Assembly: GCA_963764725.1 (NCBI GenBank)
Contig: CAVXTM010000012.1
Span: 192,001 to 256,000, forward strand
Length of the DNA: 64,000 nucleotides
Direction of reading: 5' to 3'
DNA from: an uncultured Gammaproteobacteria bacterium
GTDB taxonomy: Bacteria; Pseudomonadota; Gammaproteobacteria; JACCXJ01
Made by a program: the position numbers and the translations under genes
Shown here: positions 43,712-53,774 of the stretch, in pieces
Layout: every line of letters begins with the position of its first letter
How positions within the stretch are numbered: position 1 is the first letter of the stretch
Notes under the pieces: model-generated
What the model was told of the DNA's origin: nothing
Seen by the model: the letters and a program-made list of their open reading frames with translations, nothing else
The model's database searches: none

Positions 43712-44725
43712 TTACGCGGCCTTTCTACGCACGCCGATCTCGGCGCCGCTATTGCGCCCGCCGCAGACCGAGAAGCCTAAGGGTGCTCCCCACTGCTGGG
43801 TCGCCCGTTGCCATAGGCCGTGCGCGCGAGAAGCGCTGTCGACGAGCGCAAATCCGGTCGGGCCCCAGGAACTTTGTCCCACCCCTCGCAGGCCCTCGTC
43901 CTGCAACCAGCGCAACACCTCCGCAACTCGCGGACTGCTATAACGGCCGCCCTGGTAGGGGGCGAAATAGTCACCGACTGCCTCTTGAATCGCGGTGATT
44001 CCGGCGCCGAAGGCCTCGAAGTCATGCTCGGCCAAGGCCGGTAGGACCTGCATCAAAAGCACTCGGCAAAGATGCGCCGATACCTGCGTGGCCATTGGCG
44101 GCATCTGTTTAAACGCCGCGGCCTCCTCGCTGCCGTTCAACCCTGTCCGGGCTTGGTCGGAAATGAGCAGGATTCGCCATGGCGGCGGAAACGCGACCTG
44201 ACACAGCACCGGCGGCACCACCGTCGCACGTCCGCGACCGCCGTCGACCAAAAATCCGCCGCTCTCGAACGCAGCCAGGCCGATCCCCGAGCGCACTCCC
44301 CGCTCCGCGAGCTTCGCAAGCTGACAAAGATCGCTATCGAGATCGAACAGGCGTACGAACGCAGCGCAGATCGCCAACGCCAATTGGGTTCCCGAACCGA
44401 GACCCACGTGCTCCGGGATCGCCTCCTCGATAGCAATCGACACCCCGCTCTTCAAGCCCAAGGTCCGCAGCAGCATCCGCGCGCACTGCTCCGCGCGCCC
44501 GCTCGATGGACCGTTAGCATGGACGCCCGGCGAGCGCGTGACGCTCAGGCGTGTCTGGATACCGCTCAAGGTCAACCCGAGCCCCCCGAACCGCCGTCCG
44601 AGATCGCCGCTCATGTCGATAAAGCCCAAGTGTAAGCGCGCCGGCGCGGTGACGGTGACGGTCAGGCCATCGTACTGAGCGCCGAGCGCTTGCTCCGGTA
44701 GCGGCGTTGCGGAAGGGTCAGGCAT
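43712..44725 (-). CDS. mptG: Beta-ribofuranosylaminobenzene 5'-phosphate synthase (GHMP fold)
   Basis: PARLHLGF, HVGLGSGTQ, RSGIG..AF..GGFLVDGG, GQSSWGPTGF. Confidence 0.93.
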   Translation of the reverse strand: MPDPSATPLPEQALGAQYDGLTVTVTAPARLHLGFIDMSGDLGRRFGGLGLTLSGIQTRLSVTRSPGVHANGPSSGRAEQCARMLLRTLGLKSGVSIAIEEAIPEHVGLGSGTQLALAICAAFVRLFDLDSDLCQLAKLAERGVRSGIGLAAFESGGFLVDGGRGRATVVPPVLCQVAFPPPWRILLISDQARTGLNGSEEAAAFKQMPPMATQVSAHLCRVLLMQVLPALAEHDFEAFGAGITAIQEAVGDYFAPYQGGRYSSPRVAEVLRWLQDEGLRGVGQSSWGPTGFALVDSASRAHGLWQRATQQWGAPLGFSVCGGRNSGAEIGVRRKAA

Positions 44726-44927
44726 AGCGCGGGAAATTCATTCGATGGGTTAATGATATAATACCCAAGACTCCGATACCTAACACAGACTCGCCTTATC
44801 GGCGCGGCAGAACGTTGACGGGTTAGCAGGGAAATGTTAGAAGTGCCATCACGAAATGTAGTCCTTGCGAAGGCCATCCCAGCGCCCGAGAGACGACCCT
44901 TCGAGGCGCAGTAATTAACTATTGACC

Positions 44928-45284
44928 ATGGCCGAAATGATGATCCTGGTCCCGGGGCGGACCAACAAACAGGGCACGTCATTAAACGCGGGCAAGCTCA
45001 AGAAAGAGTACCGGGACGTGACCTCCACGGTGGAAATGAACACCGATGACATGGCGCGGCTCGGCATAAAAGAGGGTGACGCCGTGCGCTTAGCCACGGA
45101 CATCGGCGAGACCGTCGTGCGCTGCAAGGGACGCAAACCCACCGACCTTCCCGCGGGCATGTTGTTTATCCCCTATGGCCCGCCGAGCTCTCAGCTCATG
45201 GGCGGCGATACCGCGGGGAGCGGTATGCCTTTGTCCAAGAATTTCGAGGTCAGTGTGGAACTTGTCGAAGGCCCCGTCGCTTGA
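44928..45284 (+). CDS. fwdD: Formylmethanofuran dehydrogenase subunit D-like (molybdopterin dinucleotide-binding)
   Basis: GRT.KQG...GK...Y......EMN..DM..LG..EGD.V, FIPYGP, T..SGMP.SK. Confidence 0.88.
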   Translation: MAEMMILVPGRTNKQGTSLNAGKLKKEYRDVTSTVEMNTDDMARLGIKEGDAVRLATDIGETVVRCKGRKPTDLPAGMLFIPYGPPSSQLMGGDTAGSGMPLSKNFEVSVELVEGPVA

Positions 45285-45362
45285 TCGAGCCGGCCATTTT
45301 ATTCCGGCGAATTCCGGCGCCGATTAAACGATCACACAGCATAGGATTTCCGAGGTAAAAAT

Positions 45363-46700
45363 ATGAGTGACAATATTCGGACAGTGGAGCATGCCACCTG
45401 CACCTTTTGCGGTTGCGTGTGCGACGACATGGACCTGACAGTCGATGTGGATGCGAAGCGCATCACCAAGGCTAAGAACGCGTGCACGCTTGGACGCGCC
45501 TGGTTCGCGGAGCATACTATCGAAGACCGTCCGTTCGCCTTAATCGACGGCAAAGCCACCACCACCGAGGAGGCGGTCGAGGCCGCCGCGCACATCCTCG
45601 TCGCGGCGCGGCTGCCGATCATCTACGGCTTGAGCGACACCACCTGCGAGGCCCAGCGCCAAGCGGTGGCGATCTGCGATCTCATGCACGGCAATATCGA
45701 CACCACCACCTCGGTCTGCCACGGTCCCTCCGGCATCGCGTTCCAAGGCGTCGGCGAAAGCACGGCGACACTGGGTGAAATCAAGAACCGCGCGGATTTG
45801 GTCGTCTACTGGGGCGGTAACCCCGCGGAATCGCATCCGCGCCACTTCACCCGCTACGCGGTCACCCCCAAGGGACGGTATATCCCCAATGGCAGGAAAG
45901 ACCGCTACGTGGTCTTGGTCGATGTGCGGCGCACACCGAGTGCGCCGGTGGCGGACCTCTTCATCCAAATCAAGCCAGGACATGACTTCGAGCTTTTGTG
46001 GGCCCTGCGTGCGTTTGTCAAAGGCCGCAAGGTCGATCCGAACCTGGCCGAGCGCACGGGCGTGCCCCTGGCGACCATGGAGAATCTAGTACAGCGGATG
46101 AAGAGTTGCCGCTACGGGGTCTTGTTCTTCGGCATGGGGCTGACGATGACCCGCGGGCGCCATTTCAACTCCGGCGCCGTGCTGGCGCTCGCTACGGACC
46201 TGAATGAATTTACCCATTTCGTGGCCAAGCCCGTACGCGGCCACGGCAATGTCACCGGGGCCGACAACGTCGTCTCCTGGCAAACCGGCTATCCGTTCGG
46301 GGTCAACTTCAGCCGCGGTTACCCGCGCTTCAATCCCGGCGAGTACACGACCGTCGATCTGCTCACCCGCGGCGACGCGGATGCGGCCATGATCATCGCG
46401 AGCGATCCGGCGTCCAATTTTCCGCGCCCGGCCATCGAGCACATGAAGCGCATCCCGGTGATCGCCTTGGACACCAAACCGACCGATACCACCCAGTTGG
46501 CCAAGGTCGCCTTCACCACTTCGACCTATGGCATCAATACCTCGGGGACGGTATATCGCATGGACGATGTGCCGCTTACCTTGCGCCCGGCCTTTGAGTC
46601 GCCTTATCCGAGCGACGAAGAGGTGCTCACCGCGATCAAGAACCGGGTGCGCGAGTTGCTGACTGAGAAACGCGCGCGGTTCTACGCAAAGGTGGCTTAG
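45363..46700 (+). CDS. fwdB: Formylmethanofuran dehydrogenase subunit B (FwdB/FmdB type; FhcB homologue)
   Basis: CTFCGCVCDD...NAC, TSVCHGPS, TLGEIKNRAD, WGGNPAESHPRH, RGHGNVTG, YRMDDVP. Confidence 0.93.
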   Translation: MSDNIRTVEHATCTFCGCVCDDMDLTVDVDAKRITKAKNACTLGRAWFAEHTIEDRPFALIDGKATTTEEAVEAAAHILVAARLPIIYGLSDTTCEAQRQAVAICDLMHGNIDTTTSVCHGPSGIAFQGVGESTATLGEIKNRADLVVYWGGNPAESHPRHFTRYAVTPKGRYIPNGRKDRYVVLVDVRRTPSAPVADLFIQIKPGHDFELLWALRAFVKGRKVDPNLAERTGVPLATMENLVQRMKSCRYGVLFFGMGLTMTRGRHFNSGAVLALATDLNEFTHFVAKPVRGHGNVTGADNVVSWQTGYPFGVNFSRGYPRFNPGEYTTVDLLTRGDADAAMIIASDPASNFPRPAIEHMKRIPVIALDTKPTDTTQLAKVAFTTSTYGINTSGTVYRMDDVPLTLRPAFESPYPSDEEVLTAIKNRVRELLTEKRARFYAKVA

Positions 46701-46714
46701 GCAACCAAGCACCG

Positions 46715-48355
46715 ATGCTACGCATATCGAATGGCCGGATCTACGATCCGGCCAACGGAGTGAACGGCGCGATCCGGGATATCTGCATCAACGCGGGAAA
46801 GATCGTCGCAGACGTCCCCGCGGCCGCGAAACGCATGGACGCGCAAGGCATGGTGATCATGCCGGGGGGCATCGACATCCATTGTCATATCGCCGGACCC
46901 AAGGTCAATCTCGCGCGCAAGCTTCAGCCCGAGGACCACCGACTCGACGTGCATCCCGGCACGGCGTTCACCCGCTCGGGCACCGGGGGCGTGGTGCCTT
47001 CTACTTTTGCCACCGGCTACCGTTACGCGGCGCTCGGGTACACCACGGCGATGGAGGCCGCGGTCACCCCCATCGGCGCCCGTCACGTACTGGAGGAATT
47101 TCACGACATCCCCGTCATCGACAAGGGGTTCTATGTGCTCCTCGGGAACAACGTTTTCTTGTACGATTTGCTTAAAGCCGGGCGGCGCGAGGACTTTCGC
47201 CAAGCGGTGGCCTGGTGGGTCAATGCGACCAAGGCGTATGCGGTTAAGTTGGTCAACCCGGGGAGCGATGAGCTTTGGAAGGGACACCGCAACGCGAACA
47301 TTACCAGCGTAAACGAGAAAATCGACAACTTCGATCTCACGCCGCTCGGCGTGATCAAGGCGTTTATCGAGACCGTCGACGATCTCGGTCTTCCCCACCC
47401 TCCGCATATTCATTGCAACAACCTGGGCCGCAGCGGCAACTATACGACTACCCTCGAGACCATGCGGGCCGCCGAGGGACGGCGGGTGCACATCGCGCAC
47501 GTACAGTTCCATAGCTACGGCGGGGAACCCGGGAAAAACCCGACCTCGAAAGGTCCCGAGATTGCCGATTACATCAACAAACATCCGAATATTACCGCCG
47601 ATGTCGGCCAGGTCATGTTCGGGAAGGCCACGGCGATGACCGCCGACGCGCCCCTCGGCTACTTGTTGCGCGGAATCAGCGGCAACAAATGGATAAACGC
47701 CGATACCGAGTGTGAGAGCGGGTGCGGGATCGTACCCTTCACCTATCACGAAAAAGCCTACATGCACGCGCTGCAGTGGGCGATCGGACTGGAGCTGTTC
47801 CTGTTATCCGAGGATCCGTGGCGGATTGTTTTATCGACCGACCATCCCAATGGCGGCTCCTTCATGATGTACCCGCGTTTGATCCGGCTGCTCATGGATC
47901 GCGATTTTCGCAACCAAGAGATCCGGAAAGTGAATCAAAAGGCGATTCGCAATACCGTGCTGGCCGACAAGCTCGACCGGGAGTATACCCTGGAGGAGAT
48001 CGCGATCATCACCCGAGCCGGTCCCGCGCGCGCGCTTGGGCTGAAAGACAAGGGGCACCTCGGCGTCGGGGCAGACGCCGACATCACCATTTACGACGAG
48101 CACGACGACAAGGAGCGCATGTTCAGCACGCCGCGCTACGTGATCAAGGACGGCGTCGCGGTCATCGAAGACCACGAATTCCGCTGCGACCACGAGGGGC
48201 GTGTCCTGCATACGGCGCCCGCGTACGATGCCGCGATCGAAAACAGCATTAAACCATTCTTCGAGGATAACTATAGTATTGTTTTTGAGAACTACGCGGT
48301 CACGGACCGGTATCTGCACCACCATCAGGTGATACCGACGGTCCTCGAACGATAA
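46715..48355 (+). CDS. fwdA: Formylmethanofuran dehydrogenase subunit A / FhcA amidohydrolase
   Basis: GGIDIHCHIAG, VKLVNPG, HIHCNNLG, HVQFHSYG, STDHPNGG. Confidence 0.94.
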   Translation: MLRISNGRIYDPANGVNGAIRDICINAGKIVADVPAAAKRMDAQGMVIMPGGIDIHCHIAGPKVNLARKLQPEDHRLDVHPGTAFTRSGTGGVVPSTFATGYRYAALGYTTAMEAAVTPIGARHVLEEFHDIPVIDKGFYVLLGNNVFLYDLLKAGRREDFRQAVAWWVNATKAYAVKLVNPGSDELWKGHRNANITSVNEKIDNFDLTPLGVIKAFIETVDDLGLPHPPHIHCNNLGRSGNYTTTLETMRAAEGRRVHIAHVQFHSYGGEPGKNPTSKGPEIADYINKHPNITADVGQVMFGKATAMTADAPLGYLLRGISGNKWINADTECESGCGIVPFTYHEKAYMHALQWAIGLELFLLSEDPWRIVLSTDHPNGGSFMMYPRLIRLLMDRDFRNQEIRKVNQKAIRNTVLADKLDREYTLEEIAIITRAGPARALGLKDKGHLGVGADADITIYDEHDDKERMFSTPRYVIKDGVAVIEDHEFRCDHEGRVLHTAPAYDAAIENSIKPFFEDNYSIVFENYAVTDRYLHHHQVIPTVLER

Positions 48356-48378
48356 GAATTAGAATTAAATCCTTCTGC

Positions 48379-49272
48379 ATGCATATTCAATCCACCGAGG
48401 TCATCGATACCTTCGCGGAGGCTTTTGCCATGTGGGGCGCACGGGTGATCATCACCGCGGCCAGCCCCGCGTGGGCCCTCGCCGCCGCACGCTCGATGAC
48501 CGGATTCGCGACATCGGTGATCGGCTGTAAATGCGAGGCCGGGATCGAGCGGGAGCTGGCCGCCGAGGAAACGCCCGACGCACGCCCCGGGATCAGCGTG
48601 TTGCTGTTTTCGACCAGTTTGGAGGGGGCCGGCAAACGGCTCCTCGAGCGGATCGGCCAGTGCGTGATGACCTGCCCGAGCACTTCGTGTTTCAACGGTC
48701 TCGCCTCGGGCGAGAGCGTGAGCGTCGGCGGCAAGCTCCGCTACTTCGGCGACGGCTATCAGATCGGCAAGTCCCTGGACGGGCGTCGCTATTGGCGCAT
48801 TCCGGTGATGGATGGCGAATTCGTGGTCGAAGACCGCTTCAATATCCAGCCGGCGGTGGGCGGCGGGAATCTTCTAATCCACGGCCTGGATCAAACCCGG
48901 ACTTTGGAAACCGCCGAGGCCGCGGCCAGCGCGATGCGTGCCGTTCCCGGCGTGATTCTGCCGTTTCCGAATGGTGTCGTGCGCAGTGGCAGCAAGGTCG
49001 GATCGCGGTACAAGGGCTTGCCGGCCTCCACCAACGATGCTTACTGTCCAACCTTGCGGGCGTTTTCCGCGGCAACCGAAGTCCCGGCCGAGGCCGCTTG
49101 CGTGTTGGAAATCGTGATCGATGGGCTCGAACTGCGGGGGGTCCAAGACGCTATGCGCGTTGGCATCAACGCGGCTTCCGGGAACGGCGCCTTGCGGATC
49201 TCTGCCGGAAACTACGGCGGGGACCTCGGCCAGTACCGGATCGGTCTGTACGACCTTCTTCAAGCGACCTGA
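48379..49272 (+). CDS. ftr: Formylmethanofuran:H4MPT formyltransferase (Ftr/FhcD)
   Basis: DTFAEAF, GFATSVIGCKCEAGIE, RSGSKVGS, SAGNYGG. Confidence 0.95.
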   Translation: MHIQSTEVIDTFAEAFAMWGARVIITAASPAWALAAARSMTGFATSVIGCKCEAGIERELAAEETPDARPGISVLLFSTSLEGAGKRLLERIGQCVMTCPSTSCFNGLASGESVSVGGKLRYFGDGYQIGKSLDGRRYWRIPVMDGEFVVEDRFNIQPAVGGGNLLIHGLDQTRTLETAEAAASAMRAVPGVILPFPNGVVRSGSKVGSRYKGLPASTNDAYCPTLRAFSAATEVPAEAACVLEIVIDGLELRGVQDAMRVGINAASGNGALRISAGNYGGDLGQYRIGLYDLLQAT

Positions 49273-49285
49273 ACGACTCGCTACG

Positions 49286-50104
49286 ATGAGCCTCAAGCTC
49301 GTGCTCAAGCACGAACCGGAAGTCCCACTAGAAGCCGAGGTCATCACGCCAGCGAAGCTCAACGGTTTGAGTATCGGTGAGATCACGAAGCTTCCGCTGC
49401 AATACGGGAACGAACGCATCGAGCTGGGCGAGTTTTTTCGCGTCGAGGGTAGCTATAGCGGTGAAATCCGCGTGGAAGGTGATCTTGCGCGCGTCAAGCT
49501 GGTCGGCGCGGGGATGAGCGAAGGCCGGATCGTGATACATGGTCGCATCGGGATGCATCTCGGCGCCGGGATTTCGGGCGGGGAGATCCTTGTCGAAGGC
49601 GACGCCGGCGATTGGGTCGCGCCCGAGATGTCCGGAGGCCGGATCGTCATCAAGGGCAATGCCGGGCACATGATCGGCAGCGCCTATCGGGGAAGTCCGG
49701 CCGGCATTCGCGGCGGGGAAATCATCATCCACGGCAATGCCGGCAACGAGATCGGTCACGCCATGCGCAAAGGTCTGATCGCGATCGGCGGAGACTCCGG
49801 CGACTTTACCGGGGTCGACATGCTCGCGGGAACCATCATCGTGATCGGCGATCTCGGCAACCGCACGGGGGCGGGGATGAAACGCGGTTCCATCGTCTCG
49901 ATGCGGCCCGCGCAGATGCTGCCGACCTTCAGCTATGCGTGCAGCTATCAGCCGCAGTTCCTGCGCCTGTACCTATTGCATTTGTCACGGCTGGGCTTGC
50001 CGGTCACGCCGGCTTATCTCAATGGCCATTACCAACGCTGGAGCGGGGATGCCCTCGAGATGAACCGCGGCGAGGTGTTGCTGCTCAGCGGCGAGGCCGC
50101 GTAG
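49286..50104 (+). CDS. fwdC: Formylmethanofuran dehydrogenase subunit C / FhcC
   Basis: Beta-helix repeats G.GM..G.I.I.G.AG; start at MSLKLVLK. Confidence 0.93.
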   Translation: MSLKLVLKHEPEVPLEAEVITPAKLNGLSIGEITKLPLQYGNERIELGEFFRVEGSYSGEIRVEGDLARVKLVGAGMSEGRIVIHGRIGMHLGAGISGGEILVEGDAGDWVAPEMSGGRIVIKGNAGHMIGSAYRGSPAGIRGGEIIIHGNAGNEIGHAMRKGLIAIGGDSGDFTGVDMLAGTIIVIGDLGNRTGAGMKRGSIVSMRPAQMLPTFSYACSYQPQFLRLYLLHLSRLGLPVTPAYLNGHYQRWSGDALEMNRGEVLLLSGEAA

Positions 50105-50180
50105 ATCGGCGATGCGCGCCTGAGCAAGTACTCCAAGCCGAAACAATAAACCACTTTCACTGCGTCGCGAGGAGATCCAC

Positions 50181-50486
50181 ATGACCACGATCGTAACCGA
50201 AAATTGCCTCCGGTGCCGCTTCACCGATTGCGTCACGGTCTGCCCGGTGAACTGCTTCCATGGGGACGATGACATGCTGTATATCGACCCCGAGGTCTGC
50301 ATCGACTGTAGCGCCTGCGTACCCGAGTGTCCGGTACATGCCATCCATGAGGGAGAAGACATTCCCGACAACCTGAAACACTGGACAGAGATCAACGCCG
50401 AACGCGCCCCGAACTTACCCGTGATCGAAAGCAAACAAGATCCGCTGCCCACGGCCGAGGCGCGCCGAGCGGAGTTAGGATATTGA
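50181..50486 (+). CDS. FdxA-like (7Fe type) ferredoxin
   Basis: ENCLRCRFTDCVTVCPVNCF...IDPEVCIDCSACVPECPVHAI, the Azotobacter FdI pattern; GAGGAG RBS. Confidence 0.93.
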   Translation: MTTIVTENCLRCRFTDCVTVCPVNCFHGDDDMLYIDPEVCIDCSACVPECPVHAIHEGEDIPDNLKHWTEINAERAPNLPVIESKQDPLPTAEARRAELGY

Positions 50487-50519
50487 TAGAAGTATATTGC
50501 GCGTGCGCAGAGACTGTAG

Positions 50520-51896
50520 ATGAATACCGTAGGAACTCCTGAAAACCCATTGCAGGTTGCCGTCGTCGGCAGCGGCCCGAGCGGCTTCTACGCCGCCGAA
50601 GCCCTGATCAAGTCCGGGCGCGCCGTGCGCGTGGACATGTTCGAGCGGCTCGCCTCGCCCTTCGGGCTCGTACGCAGCGGCGTCGCGCCCGATCACCCCA
50701 AGCTCAAACAAGCCATCCTCGTCTACGACAAGATCGCGCGCTCGCCCGAGTTTTCATTTTTCGGCAATATCAACGTGGGCAAGGACATCACGCTCGGCGA
50801 GCTGCGCCAGAACTATCACGCGATCCTATTCACCTGCGGGGCGGAAACGGACCGGCGGCTGGGGATCCCGGGCGAGGATCTCGGCGGCAGCCATACTGCC
50901 ACCGAATTCGTCGGCTGGTACAACGGTCATCCCGATTATCGCGACCGGGTGTTTGATCTATCGCACGAGGTCGCGGTCATCATCGGCCAGGGTAACGTGG
51001 CCGCGGATGTTTGCCGCATCCTGGCCAAAACGGCGGACGAGTTAAAACATACCGATATCTCGGAGCACGCGCTTGATACGCTGGCCGAGAGCAAAGTGCG
51101 GGAAATCCATGCAATCGGACGCCGCGGACCGGCGCAAGCGAAATTCACCAGTCGCGAATTGCGCGAGTTCGGTGAGCTTGGCGATTGCGATCCCTTCGTC
51201 GACGCGCTGGAGTTAACGCTGAATCCGGAAAGCGAGGCCGAGCTCGTCGACAAGAACAACATGGTCAGCGCTAAGAATGTCGAGATCTTCCGTGATTTCG
51301 CCCGGCGCACGCCGGGTAAGCACCGCCGCTGTATTTTCCAGTTCCTGCGCAGTCCCGTGCGGCTCGAAGGCGCGGGGCGGCTTGAACGCGTGGTGCTGGA
51401 ACGCAATCGGCTACAAGGGGCGCCGTTTCAGCAGTCGGCACGGAGCACGGGGGAGATCAGCACGCTCGAGTGCGGGATCTTGTTCCGCAGCATCGGCTAT
51501 AAAGGGGTGGCCGTTTCCGAGGTGCCCTTCGACGAGCGCAACGGCGTGATCACCAACCGCGCCGGGCGCGTGCTCGATAGTGACGGCAGTGTCGTTTCCG
51601 GTCTTTATTGCGCGGGATGGATTAAGCGCGGTCCGACCGGGATCATCGGGACCAATCGCGCTTGCAGCGTGGAGACCGTCGGTTCGCTGCTTGCGGATCT
51701 AGACGCACTCGCGACACCGGGCGCAAAAAGCGGGACGCATGGTATCCGAGCGCTCATCGAGGAGCGCGGTTTGCGCGCGGTCAACTACGACGGTTGGCTG
51801 AAGCTAGACGCCGCCGAAGTGGAGCGCGGTAAACCCAAGGGAAAACCGCGCGAAAAATTCACCCGGCTGCATGAAATGCTGGCGCTGCTCGGATGA
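50520..51896 (+). CDS. Ferredoxin-NADP+ reductase, FprA/adrenodoxin-reductase type
   Basis: GSGPSGFY, FGLVRSGVAPDH, FVGWYNGHP, IGQGNVAAD, GWIKRGPTGIIGTN. Confidence 0.93.
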   Translation: MNTVGTPENPLQVAVVGSGPSGFYAAEALIKSGRAVRVDMFERLASPFGLVRSGVAPDHPKLKQAILVYDKIARSPEFSFFGNINVGKDITLGELRQNYHAILFTCGAETDRRLGIPGEDLGGSHTATEFVGWYNGHPDYRDRVFDLSHEVAVIIGQGNVAADVCRILAKTADELKHTDISEHALDTLAESKVREIHAIGRRGPAQAKFTSRELREFGELGDCDPFVDALELTLNPESEAELVDKNNMVSAKNVEIFRDFARRTPGKHRRCIFQFLRSPVRLEGAGRLERVVLERNRLQGAPFQQSARSTGEISTLECGILFRSIGYKGVAVSEVPFDERNGVITNRAGRVLDSDGSVVSGLYCAGWIKRGPTGIIGTNRACSVETVGSLLADLDALATPGAKSGTHGIRALIEERGLRAVNYDGWLKLDAAEVERGKPKGKPREKFTRLHEMLALLG

Positions 51897-52414
51897 AGCT
51901 CGCGCAGAGCGGAGTTCGCGATCGCCTTCTGCGCCGCCAGCGCATGCCCCAGCTAGCTTAGGGTACGCTGTGCGCACGCGGATTATTCGTCCGGTTCGCC
52001 GTAACCGCCTTCGGTTCGTGGCAGCCCGGCACCTGCCCAATCCTGTAGATACAGACCGGTCCGAACATAACGATGAAACGTTGACTACCGCCAATCACGG
52101 ACCTCGGCCGGAGGCGCGCCAAGTTAGCCGCCCCCACCCTATGTGCTGAAGCGCACAGACGTGGAATTCAGCAAGCACTATTCTGCGTTGAGAAAGCGTC
52201 AACCTTATGGAAGCTAAAAGCCCTTCCCCGCGTACCGGCTCGGCTATGCCCAGAGGCGCCCGGTGACGGGTATAACCTGTTTCTGCAAACGGAGCGGTTT
52301 TGTGTTGGAATTTTATTGGGCCAGGCTCGTGTTGTCCGGTTCCGGCGTTATGCATGGGCCTTGTGCAGGCGGGAAAGTCATTGCTCAACTGCAGACCACG
52401 CAAAGAGTACTACT

Positions 52415-53687
52415 ATGTTTAGCGGAACACTGAATTTCTCTATGTGGGGGATTGTTGGCGTGGGATTGATCCTGACCCACATTACCATTGCAAGCGTTAC
52501 CATCTATCTGCATCGTCACCAGGCCCACAAAGCCCTGGACCTGCATCCCCTCGCCAGCCACTTTTTTCGCTTTTGGCTCTGGCTCACCACCGGCATGATC
52601 ACGAAGGAATGGGTGGCGGTGCATCGCAAGCATCACGCGAAATGCGACATCGAGGGCGATCCTCATAGTCCCCAGGTATTTGGCCTTCGCAAAGTGTTGC
52701 TGGAAGGCGCGGAGCTTTACGGCAAAGAAAAGGACGATAGACAAACGATCGAGAAGTATGGCAAGGGCACCCCGGAGGACTGGGTTGAGCGCCATCTCTA
52801 CAGCCGGTTTCATCATCTCGGTCTTGGCCTTCTGCTTCCGATAGAGATCATACTGTTCGGCCCACTCGGCCTCTCGCTGTGGGCGATACAAATGCTTTGG
52901 ATACCCTTCTGGGCAGCCGGCGTGATCAACGGCCTAGGCCACACTTGGGGCTACCGTAGCTATGAAACACCGGATGCCTCTACCAATATCGCCCCTATCG
53001 GCCTATTGATTGGCGGAGAGGAATTCCATAATAATCACCACGCCTATCCTTGGTCCGCCCGGCTGTCGACCCAGTGGTGGGAATTAGATATCGGTTGGCT
53101 TTATATACGTCTCCTCGCGATGTGCAAGCTGGCGCGGGTCAAGAGGCAGGCGCCCAAGCCAGCAATCGAGTGGGGCAAACTTGTGGCTAATCGGGAAACC
53201 CTGCGAGCCGTGGTCCAAAACCGCTTTCATGTGATGGCACTCTATGGCCGCAGAGTCGTGCTGCCGGCCCTGCGCCTGGAGTCGAAACGTGCGGATGCAG
53301 CCACACGCAAATTGCTCAGGGAAGTTAAGCCACAGATTATGCGAGCCTATGTGCGTGCCGACGAGGGTGCGCGTCTGGCCTTAAGCAGTGCGTTAGCCGC
53401 GAATTCAACTCCGGCCACGGTTTCTCATTTTGGCTCTTCAGCAGAATCTGTGGGTCATTTTCAGACCTCGCGATGGCAAATACCCCGTGGACTTGTGGAT
53501 AACGTCCCTGTTAACCACACGGTCTCAGAGTGAAGCTGTCGGTATGTGGTCCAACGCACGACTCAGCCGAGAGACACAACTGGACACTCTGCACGAATGG
53601 TGTCGAAGAGCCGAAGCCACCGGCATAGAGGGCTTAAAGATATTCGCAGGCGGGTTGCGCGGTTATTCGATGGTCCAAAGAGGATAA
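52415..53687 (+). pseudogene. Second delta-9 desaturase; catalytic part intact, C-terminal region frameshifted near 53430
   Basis: Three His boxes; the C-terminal WCRRAEATGI..L..F...LRGY lies in another frame and follows a 96-bp insert. Confidence 0.85.
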
Positions 53688-53774
53688 GGACGAGCGCCGA
53701 ATATTTAGACCACCAGAGAGCGCGTGTGTGCGCACGATGGTGCCCATAAAGCACCGGCGAAGCGAGAACGACCG

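Noticed and set aside
45711-45731. Selenocysteine at the FwdB metal-ligand position
   Set aside because: The codon is TGC (Cys) and the ORF has no in-frame TGA.
46718-47767. Long antisense or off-frame ORFs (also 32261-33286, 18421-19290, 14356-15588, 16589-17389)
   Set aside because: They overlap well-supported genes, which is expected in GC-rich DNA with few stop codons.
33862-51896. Calling the organism a methanotroph or methanogen
   Set aside because: No pmo/mmo, mxa/xox, mcr or mtr genes are in the window; the cluster supports only formaldehyde/C1 oxidation capacity.
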